The notes under the pieces are model-generated. The model was not told the origin of the DNA, did no database searches, and saw only the letters and a program-made list of their open reading frames with translations. From an uncultured Gammaproteobacteria bacterium (lineage in GTDB: Bacteria > Pseudomonadota > Gammaproteobacteria > CAWCPV01), in contig CAWCPV010000014.1 of assembly GCA_963797555.1 (NCBI GenBank), positions 384,001-448,000 on the forward strand: a DNA stretch of 64,000 nt, read 5' to 3'. Positions 9,756 through 18,545 of this stretch are shown here, piece by piece. Position 1 is the first letter of the stretch; each line of letters opens with the position of its first letter. The position numbers and the translations under genes were made by a program.

Positions 9756-9866
9756 TAACGCCATGAGCTTAGCCGCTTCGTGTGAACGCCGTCTCTACTT
9801 CACTTCGCTGAACTGCCGATGGACACTCGCGGCTGCGCCTCGAAGCCGTGCGGCTCGGTACGTCGG

Positions 9867-10152
9867 TTATTTGATTCCGGCGATGAAGTCGTCGATCGGT
9901 ATCGCGGGGAGCGTCTCGATCTTCACACTCCCCCGAGAACCGATCTCCATGGAGACCCGGCTCACGGTCATGTTGTCCGGCGCGTCGATGATGGTCACAA
10001 AGTCATACGGCCCGAGCACTGCGTACTGCGCTACCACGCGGACTCCGAATGACTCCACCTCGCGGGCAACGGTCTTGATGCGCGCAGGATTCTCTTTCAC
10101 GGTTTCCGAGCCCTTATCCAGTCAGCCTACTGAGCATGATATATGTAGCCAT
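9867..10152 (-). CDS. GYD domain protein (one extra base near 10118)
   Basis: MATYIMLSRLT / DKGSETVKENPARI...YAVLGPYDFV...GSVKIETLPA. Confidence 0.8.
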
Positions 10153-10275
10153 ACCTTGTCTCCTTCATGGCTCTCACCCTACCACTATCGCGGTTCCCCG
10201 GCAGCGGGCCTTGAAACACCGCGGGCCGCCCAGCGCGAACCAAGCGGCCCTCACGTGACGTTTCGGCGCAGTGTC

Positions 10276-10626
10276 TCAGGCCGCCTTCAGGACGACTTCG
10301 GCCTCCTGACTCAGTACGCGATAGATCTCGTTGAAGTCCGCTTTGGCGGTCTCGACGAACACGCCGATGTAGCCCAACACGCAGATGGAGTAGTCACCGG
10401 CCGACAATGCCCAGCCGTGGAAGGGTAGCCAGTCCATGCCCGTTATCCGGCTTAGACCAGCCACCTCGATAGCTCCGGTGAGAGCCTTACCCGCGCACAG
10501 CGTTGCAATGTAGCGAGCCGTCTCTCTCGGGAAGTCACCCTTGTACGAGACTAGCCCTCCGTCGGCAGAAAACTCGCCAGCGGCCACCGCGCCGCCCAAG
10601 GTCATCAGTCGGTTGAGGTTTGCCAT
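10276..10626 (-). CDS. DUF2173 family protein
   Basis: LMTLGGAVAAGEFSADG...GMDWLPFHGWA...SICV...ADFNE; GAGGAG RBS. Confidence 0.8.
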   Translation of the reverse strand: MANLNRLMTLGGAVAAGEFSADGGLVSYKGDFPRETARYIATLCAGKALTGAIEVAGLSRITGMDWLPFHGWALSAGDYSICVLGYIGVFVETAKADFNEIYRVLSQEAEVVLKAA

Positions 10627-10782
10627 GGTCTCCTCCTCGCTCTGCAGGTAAAGCGTCTGCGCAAACCGCGAACATCCCTTTCCCAAACCTTCACCATAAA
10701 GAGTAGCACGGCGCTCCGAGTCTCTGGGCTGAGGCTGCTGCAGCGTAAGCCTTGCAACCCACACGATTTCGGTAGGAGCCGC

Positions 10783-10840
10783 CAACCCGCTTACCGCTCT
10801 GTCTTTTCGATGGCCGCTTCCGACCCAAGGCAGTCGTTCG
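10783..10840 (-). repeat. ~55-bp dispersed intergenic repeat, copy B
   Basis: Reverse complement resembles 3326-3382. Confidence 0.6.
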
Positions 10841-11160
10841 TGATGAGCCTCGGCGGCCCGCCTGGCCAACCGAAAAACGGGAAATTTTCCTATAGACAGC
10901 ACCACCGCTGTTTGCTAGACATAGTGTCAGCAGCCACCCTGCGCCAGAAAGTGACCGTAGGCGGAGGGAGGGTATAGGACTGGCGCATGAGCCTGTAGCA
11001 GCGAAGACGGCGGGGAAACGCCCGCTGACGGGATGCTTGACAGCCCGAGACATTCCGGTAGACATCCCCACACACTGCGCCGTTTTGCCTCGCGGCGTCT
11101 ACACTGTGTCTACACAGATGTTTCTGTCTTTGGTTCCCAGTAGCTAAGTCTTTGTTTTCT

Positions 11161-11206
11161 TGGTGCCGGCGAGTGGACTCGAACCACCGACTCACTGATC
11201 ACGAAT
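11161..11206 (-). pseudogene. 3' half of tRNA-Thr(CGU); probable att scar
   Basis: ATTCGTGATCAGTGAGTCGGTGGTTCGAGTCCACTCGCCGGCACCA: partial anticodon arm, T arm, acceptor 3' strand with CCA; no 5' half. Confidence 0.7.
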
Positions 11207-11700
11207 ATGCTAGCCGGCGCTACCGGGGTCCCCGGATGGGAGCACGCTCTCGCTGTCCCGATCTCGTCTCCTGGCTCGCGAGATGGCCCTTCTCGCCGTC
11301 ATCCTGGACCATCCAGCCCTGGGAGACCGAGCACAGCCAGGACGGACCACACATTATACGTTGAAGACCTCGCCTGCGGATCCGGCTGCTGGAAGCTGTG
11401 GCAGCATGATGATGTAGTTCCTCTCGCAGGACCCCGACCGACTTCCCGGCCACCATCCTGAAGACCCACGTACCCTGGAGGGCGCCATGGCGGACATCGA
11501 GTACGAGATGGACTGCGGAAGCTTGAGGCGGGAGACGGCGAGTCGCTGGGAGCCCAACCCCTACAAGGAGCGCCTGGCGGAACTGCAGGGGCGGCCCTCG
11601 AACGTGGTCGACCTCCTCGCCGCCTCGGTAGCCGTCCCACAGGAAGCGACCCATGAGACCTCTCGCAGCCGTGCTCGCGCTGCTGACAGCCGGCCCCGTC

Positions 11701-12786
11701 CTAGTGTAGTGCTTCATTCTGTTTAGAACTTAAACGTGCGTTGGCGCGGATGACCTTCTGCAGGATGTCCTTAGCCTTGGCGGTCCAGATGAAGGGTTTG
11801 GGATTGGCGTTGTGGGCATCGACATAGCGGTTGATGGCATGGATCAACTCGGGGACGCTTCGAAACACGCCACGGCGCAACCGATCCACAGTCAGGTCGC
11901 GGAAGAATCGCTCGACCATGTTCAACCAGGATGCTGAGGTGGGCGTGAAATGGATGTGGAAACGCGGGTGTTTTCCCAGCCATTTCTGAACGTTGGGATG
12001 TTTGTGGGTGGCGTAGTTGTCGCAGACCAAGTGCAGTTCCTTGTCCTTGGGCGTCTCGCGGTCGATTTGGCGCAGGAAGGTGAGCCACTCCGTGTGGCGA
12101 TGGTGCGGCTCGCAGCGGGCAATCACGGAACCCTCCAAGGTGTTCAGGGCAGCAAACAGTGTCGTGGTGCCATGGCGCTTGTAGTCATGGGTCATGGTCG
12201 CAGCCCGCCCCTTCTTCAGCGGCAGGCCAGGTTGGGTACGATCCAGCGCCTGAACCTGACTCTTCTCGTCGCAGCACAACACCAAAGCATGCTCCGGGGG
12301 GGACAGATACAGCCCGACGATGTCCTCCAACTTCTCGGTGAATTTCGGGTCGCGCGATACCTTGAAGGATTCGACACGATGCGGCTTCAGCCCATGGGCA
12401 TGCCACACGCGCAGCACCGTGGTGTCGCTCACTCCCATTTCCTTAGCCAGGGTCCGCGTACTCCACTGTGTCGCTGCTAAGGGCTGGGTCTGAGTCGTGC
12501 GTCGCACGATCTCGGCGGCATCCACCTTGGGCTGACGACCTCCGCGCGGCAGGTCACACTCGATGGCCGCCAGCCCGCCTTGCGCATAGCGCTCCCGCCA
12601 ACGCCCAACCTGCACACGCCCAATCTTGAGTTCCGCCGCGATGGCCTTGTTCTCCATGCCCACCGCCGCCAACAGCACAATGCGCGCTCGGCGGGCCAGC
12701 CTCACACTCGTGGTGTTCGAACGCGACACACGCCTCAGGCTCCGCTGTTCTTCCGCGCTCAGTCGGACCATCGGGGCTACTCGCAT
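11701..12786 (-). CDS. IS630 transposase
   Basis: 361-aa protein identical to 4450-5535. Confidence 0.95.
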   Translation of the reverse strand: MRVAPMVRLSAEEQRSLRRVSRSNTTSVRLARRARIVLLAAVGMENKAIAAELKIGRVQVGRWRERYAQGGLAAIECDLPRGGRQPKVDAAEIVRRTTQTQPLAATQWSTRTLAKEMGVSDTTVLRVWHAHGLKPHRVESFKVSRDPKFTEKLEDIVGLYLSPPEHALVLCCDEKSQVQALDRTQPGLPLKKGRAATMTHDYKRHGTTTLFAALNTLEGSVIARCEPHHRHTEWLTFLRQIDRETPKDKELHLVCDNYATHKHPNVQKWLGKHPRFHIHFTPTSASWLNMVERFFRDLTVDRLRRGVFRSVPELIHAINRYVDAHNANPKPFIWTAKAKDILQKVIRANARLSSKQNEALH

Positions 12787-12866
12787 CAGTGCTCTCCTGT
12801 CTTGGCTTCATAGCCCTGGACAGCGATAGATCATATATGTTCCGTTAATTACCAAGCACTACACTA
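11702..12866 (-). mobile_element. IS630-family insertion sequence, copy 2
   Basis: Same IRs and CTAG target as copy 1; identical translated ORFs at offset 7251. Confidence 0.95.
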
Positions 12867-14344
12867 GCGGGTATCCCCGCAACCCCGGTACTGACCCTCT
12901 ACAAGTTCAACGGCGACCTGGACATCCCCTACTACAGCGTCGCGGGCTTCGGGCGGTCCGGCCCGGGGCCGCGGGCCGGTACCCTCGCCCAGGGGACCTC
13001 CGTCATCCCCTGCCTGGTGATCCGTGACGGCGAGCCCCTGACCGACAGCAGCGGGACGCCCTACGTGGGCTTCGACATCGTGGTGGACACCCGCAAGGCG
13101 ACGCGGGCATCCACTGAGCAGTTCAGGAGCGCCGTCGCCCGCCGCCAGTCGACGACCGTGGCGAACCACCACTGCGGCAGCCGGGTGAAGTACGTCATCG
13201 ACGCGCGCAACCTGTATCCCCTCACCAAGGCCCCCTTCTTCGATCCCCCGCCCTCGGGCCGAAGGCGGGCGGCCGGCGGCAAGGGCGACTTGGACGAGAT
13301 CGTCCGCGCCTTTCACAACTCGGAGGCCTGCGAGCAGGCCAACCGCTCCCTCATCGGCAGGCGGGACGCCCTCGACCGGGCCTGGGAGCGCTTCGGCGCG
13401 GTAGGCCGCGGCGGCTGGCCGGCCTCGTCCCTCGCCCAGGCCCGTCACCTCGACTACGCCATGCGCACCGCGCTCTTCGAGGGCCATCTCGACCGCGGCT
13501 GCAACGCCTACGGTGCGTGCGAGCGGGACATAGTGGCGCTCTCCATCCGCAACCGTGGAAAGGAGCTTTGCCTCAGCGGTCAGGGCTGCAGCCGCCCGGG
13601 CGACTTCGAGGGAGTCGCCTCCAAGGTCTCCCAGTACAACATCTGGGACGAGTACCTCACTCAGGTCTCGGGCCTCACCTCCTGTTTCCTGCGCACCGAC
13701 CTGGACGGCACCTACTACGACAAGATCCGCGCGATGTACGAGCAGAGCGTGGGCGACGTGCAGCGCATCCTCTTCGGCGACGACACGGATCTCCGCGAGA
13801 TCTTCCCCGGCGAGTCCCTAAGCGACCTCAAGGCGCTGCGTCACTACTACCACGCCCCCGCGATGGGCAAGTGCTTTCCCAACGACCCGCGGGTCGAGTA
13901 CATCTCCGCCGCGGTGGCGCGCAAGGGCAGCGACTACGCCCTGCTCGTCAATACCCGCATCCGGGCAGACGCGCCCAAGGACGGCGGCTACCTTTTTCGC
14001 GACTTCAGCGTCAAGGAGGCGGACGACCGGGACGTGACCTCGGTCGTCGACCGGTATCCGGGCTTCGTTGTCGACGGCCGCAAGGTCGACCTCAAGGGGT
14101 CCTCCGGCTGTGCCCCGTACGGCATCCCCCCCGGCTGCCGCTTCAAAGACATCAGACGCTACCGCCGTACGCCCTCTTGGCTCTCCGGCGGCCGGCCGCT
14201 GGAGATCTCCTGCCGGGTCCGCGCCAGAAGCGCTGCCTGCCAGGGGCCGGAAACGCTGGAGACGGTACGGGTGGGCGAGACCTGCGATACCCAGATGCGG
14301 CCTGTCGCCGGGATTCGCTGAGCGTCTTGGGGGCACCGCGGCCG

Positions 14345-14700
14345 GACCTCGACCTGTCGCTGTTCGACGGACAGCCCCGCTCGGCCACGGCCAGGGCGGT
14401 GCTTGACTCGCGCATCATAGAGATTGGCGGCGAGCCGTTTATGACGGCCATCGCGAAGACGCCCAAAGTGGCGCTGAGAGTCCTCGCCGAAATCGCCTCC
14501 CGGATTCGACGCACGGACGAGACCGTCTGCGAGTTGGCAGACGAGGTGTACCGCGACGCATACTACGACGCGCTGACGGGCCTCGCCAACCGCGCACTGC
14601 TGCACGCTGCGCTGGAGCAGGCGAGCCGAGCGGCGAAGCGGTCCGGGAGGCAGGTGGCGTTGCTGTTCATGGACCTGGGCCGGTTCAAGATAGGTAATGA
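14345..14700 (+). pseudogene. fragment of a cNMP-binding plus GGDEF diguanylate cyclase gene
   Basis: LSLFDGQPRSATARA (cNMP) and AYYDALTGLANR...VALLFMDLGRFKIGND, truncated before the GGDEF motif. Confidence 0.7.
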
Positions 14701-14880
14701 CCATCCTCGTCGGCACCACGTCGCGGACCGACCCCACCCTGATCTATCCGCCCGAGGTTCGCACGGCCAAGGACCGGCTGCGCTACTGCGCGAGCCAGTT
14801 CCCCATTGTCGAGGTGGACAGCTCCTACTACGCCCTGCCCACGGCCCGGAACTCCCAGCTCTGGGTCGAGTGTACCCGCG
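14697..14880 (+). pseudogene. N-terminal fragment of a DUF72 family gene
   Basis: MTILVGTTS...YPP...RLRY.ASQFPIVEVDSSYYALP...W, then similarity is lost. Confidence 0.7.
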
Positions 14881-15227
14881 GGTCCGGACCCGGACACCAC
14901 CGAGCGCCTCAACCCGCGCTCCCGAGCTGTCCCCCTCGCCCGAGCCTTGACGGTTCCGCGCCCCCAGGACTACGCTTCTCCCGCCACATACGGCTGAATT
15001 TCCAATCCGTTCCGCTGGGAGAGAGGCGATGAAGGCCGTCGTCACATCGTTTCTTCCAGCAGGCTGACGCGAGTTGGGCGTCCCCGACGTTGGCACAGGA
15101 GCAAGGCTTGTAGCTGCTCCTTCTCCTCGATGCCGGACACGGCACGCGCTGCGGCGGCGTTCCTAATAACCTCCAGACGCCCGCACCCGGTCCTCGATAG
15201 GGACTAATCCACAAGGAGACAAGCACG

Positions 15228-16064
15228 ATGCAACCAGTCAAGTGCGGTCACGCCTGTGCGATCTTGGCACTCAGTCTCTTGTCAACCAACGGCGTTGCTG
15301 GCGACGCCGCCCCATCGGCTGCTCATGCGGCGCCCACTGCTGGACCGGCCTGTGTCGGTTTCGGGCCTCAGGCGCCCCGCGACATCGACAGCGGCGGGGG
15401 AGAGAACAGAAGCGTGTTCTCCCTGGCGCCCGGTTACCAGAGAATGAATCTCTGCAACATCCATTTCCACAGCCCGGCGGAGCACAAGGCGAAGGACTTT
15501 TCTATCTTGGTCAGTGACGGCGATCACGGCCACGGCGGAGGGTTCCAGTGCGACATCAGCAAGAGCCTCTCCGAATCTGAATTGAAGGCGCCTGCCGAGA
15601 ATCACTGCAAGGACCTAAGGCCCGGTGACACCATCGAGGTGCACTGGGTGTACAGTTCCTGCGACGTGAAGCCTGGTAAGGGCCTCGGTTCCTGCCTGTC
15701 GCAGCAATGCTCCAATCCCAACCTGCGGGTCGAGGCCCAGGTATTCACCGTGGTCAACGATCCGAAGGCCCTGAACTTCATGGATTACGCGTACAGGGGC
15801 AACATCGTCAACGGCTACCCTCAAGCCAAGGCATTGCCGCAGGATACCGGAACTCCCGTCCAGTACCTGGGTTCTACCACTGGCCCCCAATACTCCGAAA
15901 GCACCTGCTCCCCGCTGCAGGTGACCTGGAGCGTGCGCCCCCAGTGCGCGAAGGTCGACATCAACAGCGTCAGCAAGTGGTGCAAGGATAACGTCTTTCG
16001 GGAAGACCATGCCCACGGAATCAGGAAGCTGGTAGTTAACCCGCAGCTATTGGCTCCCTTCTAA
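15228..16064 (+). CDS. secreted delta-class carbonic anhydrase-like protein
   Basis: Signal peptide; GPQAPRDI, LCNIHFH..AEH, GDTIEVHWVYSSC, GSTTGP, CSP.QVTW.V, DHAHG.R motifs; AAGGAG RBS. Confidence 0.8.
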   Translation: MQPVKCGHACAILALSLLSTNGVAGDAAPSAAHAAPTAGPACVGFGPQAPRDIDSGGGENRSVFSLAPGYQRMNLCNIHFHSPAEHKAKDFSILVSDGDHGHGGGFQCDISKSLSESELKAPAENHCKDLRPGDTIEVHWVYSSCDVKPGKGLGSCLSQQCSNPNLRVEAQVFTVVNDPKALNFMDYAYRGNIVNGYPQAKALPQDTGTPVQYLGSTTGPQYSESTCSPLQVTWSVRPQCAKVDINSVSKWCKDNVFREDHAHGIRKLVVNPQLLAPF

Positions 16065-16149
16065 AGGTGGGAGACCGGCCAACTGCAATCGCTCGGTGAC
16101 AACGGCCCTGGCGATGGCATCAGTCCGTATACGCTCGGTGCCTCCGCCT

Positions 16150-17640
16150 TGCAGCTCCATCTCTTGATACGCAGAACCCGCGAGCTTTTCCAAGGACCTC
16201 GGCGGGCTCGACCGGCGCGAAGTTCTCCTTCAGGTGGCGATCGCATATCATCCCGGAACCGTCGTTTCCGGCATACAGCACCTCCCTCTCGCTCAGCGCG
16301 CAAGCCACGCCGGAGAGGTCTTCCGCGCGGCTCGCAGGGTCACCCAAGCCAAGGGCGTGGTGGCAAGACTGCCGAACGAGTTCGACGGGATGGTGCTCGC
16401 GGACAGGGACGGAATTCTGGCTCCGGTGCGAAAAGACCGATTCCGGTCACTGGAGCCGCTGACTGCAGTGAAGCGATCCTCGACGTGGGGGCTAGGCCCT
16501 GCGCGGCTAGAGGGTGGCGCCATGGCCGTGCAGACATCGCAGGCGCGCTAAGAGCCCCACATTCCGCGGCCTGATACAATGTGGTCCATGAGCAGCGCCG
16601 AGCGTCAGGCGCGCTGGCGCAGGAAGAATTCTCTGCGGCGGGTGGAGCTGTACCTACCAGCCGAGGTAGTCGAGAACGGCTCGATGAGCTGGTGCGGGAG
16701 CACGCCGCCTCCGGGCGCGCCGCGGTGGTCGAGTCCCTCATCGCCGGGACGCTCCCGCCGGTCGACGATAGCCGCCGCGACGCTCCCCACTTCCAACGCG
16801 GGCAAGATCCGTGCGCTCGGCAACCTGAGGCACTACCGCGATGCGCCCGACCCGCAGCGGGTGCCCGTCAAGTACATCGGCCAGAAGCCGGTCAAGAGCG
16901 GGACACCGTGTGCGGCACCGGCCTGCAGTGGACGCCAGGACAGGTGATCGGGGTCCCGAGAGAGATGGCCGAGCGTCTGCTCCGGCACCCCGATGTCTGG
17001 GTCGTTGGCTAAGGTCGATCAACCGGGCGACTTTGCACCGGTTTGCACTCCCCGCGCGTCTCGCGTGCGCGTGACAAGGGACAACCGAGCGACAAGCTCG
17101 CTGGTATGCCAGTGAAAGACTTCGTTTGCCGGAATGTTGCTTCGGTCGTTACCGGTAGACGTGCGCCGCCAGTTGCTGGAGGCGCACCAATCGGTGTGGC
17201 AGGCCGGTACACGGCGCCCGCTGTGGGCGGGGCAGGTGCGCGCTATCCTGGGCTAAGCAGGGCTAAGGCCACGCAGCGGCTTCGGGAGGGCGGTACGGCT
17301 CGCTCGTAACACGTGTAACAGCACTGATACCCCCGGACCTGGCACCTGTCGTAACGGTGAATCCGTTACAGCACAAGGCTTTCGAGGAGCTGTAACGAAT
17401 GTAACGGCCGTAACATCCAAAAAAGAGCCAACCGGACCCAAACCCGAACAACGCAGTGCTCAACAGACCCGCTGATCACAATTTCGCATGGGAGTTCCGT
17501 GACACTGTGGAGGTTGTCCTGTGGCCACAGTGCCCGGATCGGCACCTGAAGCATTCGGGTGACGGCGGCTACTGTCGGAAACGCTACCCATATCGCTACC
17601 CATCACACCGCTTCCCTCGACTGCTCTCGGTGACTCCTTG
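16150..17640 (+). mobile_element. decayed phage- or satellite-like remnant next to the tRNA-Thr 3' end
   Basis: Broken phage-like ORF (VKYIG..PVK / DTVCGTGLQWTPGQV.GVP.EMAERLLRHPDVW) and a cluster of GTAAC/GTTAC repeats; no integrase seen. Confidence 0.4.
17300..17420. repeat. GTAAC/GTTAC iteron-like cluster
   Basis: About seven GTAAC/GTTAC words within ~115 bp, in both orientations. Confidence 0.55.
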
Positions 17641-17649
17641 ATTATATGA

Positions 17650-17722
17650 AGCTGGCGACAGGATTCGAACCTGCGACATGCTGATTACAAATCAGCTGCT
17701 CTACCGACTGAGCTACGCCAGC
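17650..17722 (-). tRNA. tRNA-Thr(UGU)
   Basis: GCTGGCGTAGCTCAGTCGGTAGAGCAGCTGATTTGTAATCAG...GGTTCGAATCC...CGCCAGCT; CCA not encoded (TCA). Confidence 0.95.
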
Positions 17723-17795
17723 CTGGGAAGGGGCCTCAAGAGGCGATTGTAAGAACTCCCCGGCTCCGGAACAACACCCCCGACGTGGGCGTCGA

Positions 17796-18545
17796 CTAGC
17801 GCCCGGCGGCGATCGCCGCCAGACCCTGCAGCACCAAGTGGGGCTCGTGCTGGAAGTCACGCGATAGCAAAGGCAGGACTCTTGAGGCATCGCCGCCGCA
17901 GATGAGGCACTTGGGCGTAGCATCGAGTTCTGTGGTCAGGTCGGCTATTACCCGGTCGATGAGGGCGACGACAGCGTAGAGAGTTCCGCCTGCGACTCCT
18001 CCCGCCGTATCCCGGGCGAATAGTGCCACCCGGCTGTCGACTTTCAGCTCAAGGGCTGCGGAGATGCCCTGAACGTTCTCCACTAGCGCACGCCGCATGA
18101 CTTGAAGGCCGGGCACGATGAGCCCACCCAGGTGCTCGCCCTCCGATGACAGCACATCCATGGTCATGGCGGTCCCGCAGTCGACGATGCAAACCAAACT
18201 CCTGTGTCGCTCGCGGGCGGCCACCAACGCGGCCCAGCGGTCCGCCCCAAGCTGGCTAGGTTCGACGTAGGCGTTGACTACGCCGTAGCCCGACGCCTGG
18301 GGCACCACGACCTCCGGCCGAAGGCCCCAGCGCTCCGTGCTCCATTCTGCCAGAACGGCAGATAGGTTCCTCTGGGTGACACTCGCCACGACCCGTGTCG
18401 GTTGCGGCAGATCGGCCCACAGCGACTCAGCCAACGCAGGGAGCGGCAGATCCCGATGACCGCAGCTGCCCCCGAAGTGAAAGTCGCATCCGTCCAGCGA
18501 GGCCCATTTGATGCGCGAATGGCCGATGTCGATGAGGAGAATCAT
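17796..18545 (-). CDS. coaX: type III pantothenate kinase
   Basis: LIDIGHSRIKW, LGADRW, VDCGTA.T.D, GG.IVPG; follows birA. Confidence 0.95.
   Translation of the reverse strand: MILLIDIGHSRIKWASLDGCDFHFGGSCGHRDLPLPALAESLWADLPQPTRVVASVTQRNLSAVLAEWSTERWGLRPEVVVPQASGYGVVNAYVEPSQLGADRWAALVAARERHRSLVCIVDCGTAMTMDVLSSEGEHLGGLIVPGLQVMRRALVENVQGISAALELKVDSRVALFARDTAGGVAGGTLYAVVALIDRVIADLTTELDATPKCLICGGDASRVLPLLSRDFQHEPHLVLQGLAAIAAGR

Larger units (their letters stand above)
6649..9765 (-). mobile_element. IS4-family (IS50/Tn5-like) two-gene element, one terminal IR interrupted by a group II intron
   Basis: 9-bp direct repeat AGCTTAGCC at 6640-6648 and 9766-9774; IR CATGTCGTTATACACATCT at 6649 versus CATGGCGTTA(intron)TACACGTCT at the other end. 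Confidence 0.9.
11653..14321 (+). pseudogene. secreted cysteine-rich protein interrupted by IS630 at the end of its signal peptide
   Basis: Removing the IS joins MRPLAAVLALLTAGPVL-AGIPATPVLTLYKFNG... in frame with ORF 13017-14321. Confidence 0.8.

Noticed and set aside
9755-9800. attC site as the intron target (GCTAAGCTCATGGCGTTA)
   Set aside because: Fully explained by the IS target duplication plus IR; no matching RYYYAAC half site seen.
13517-14950. 477-aa ORF as a real diguanylate cyclase
   Set aside because: Its first part is an off-frame overlap of the secreted protein gene, and the cyclase fragment lacks the GGDEF motif.
17300-17420. CRISPR array
   Set aside because: Repeats are 5-6 bp, irregular and in both orientations; no cas genes. 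No CRISPR array was seen anywhere in the window.
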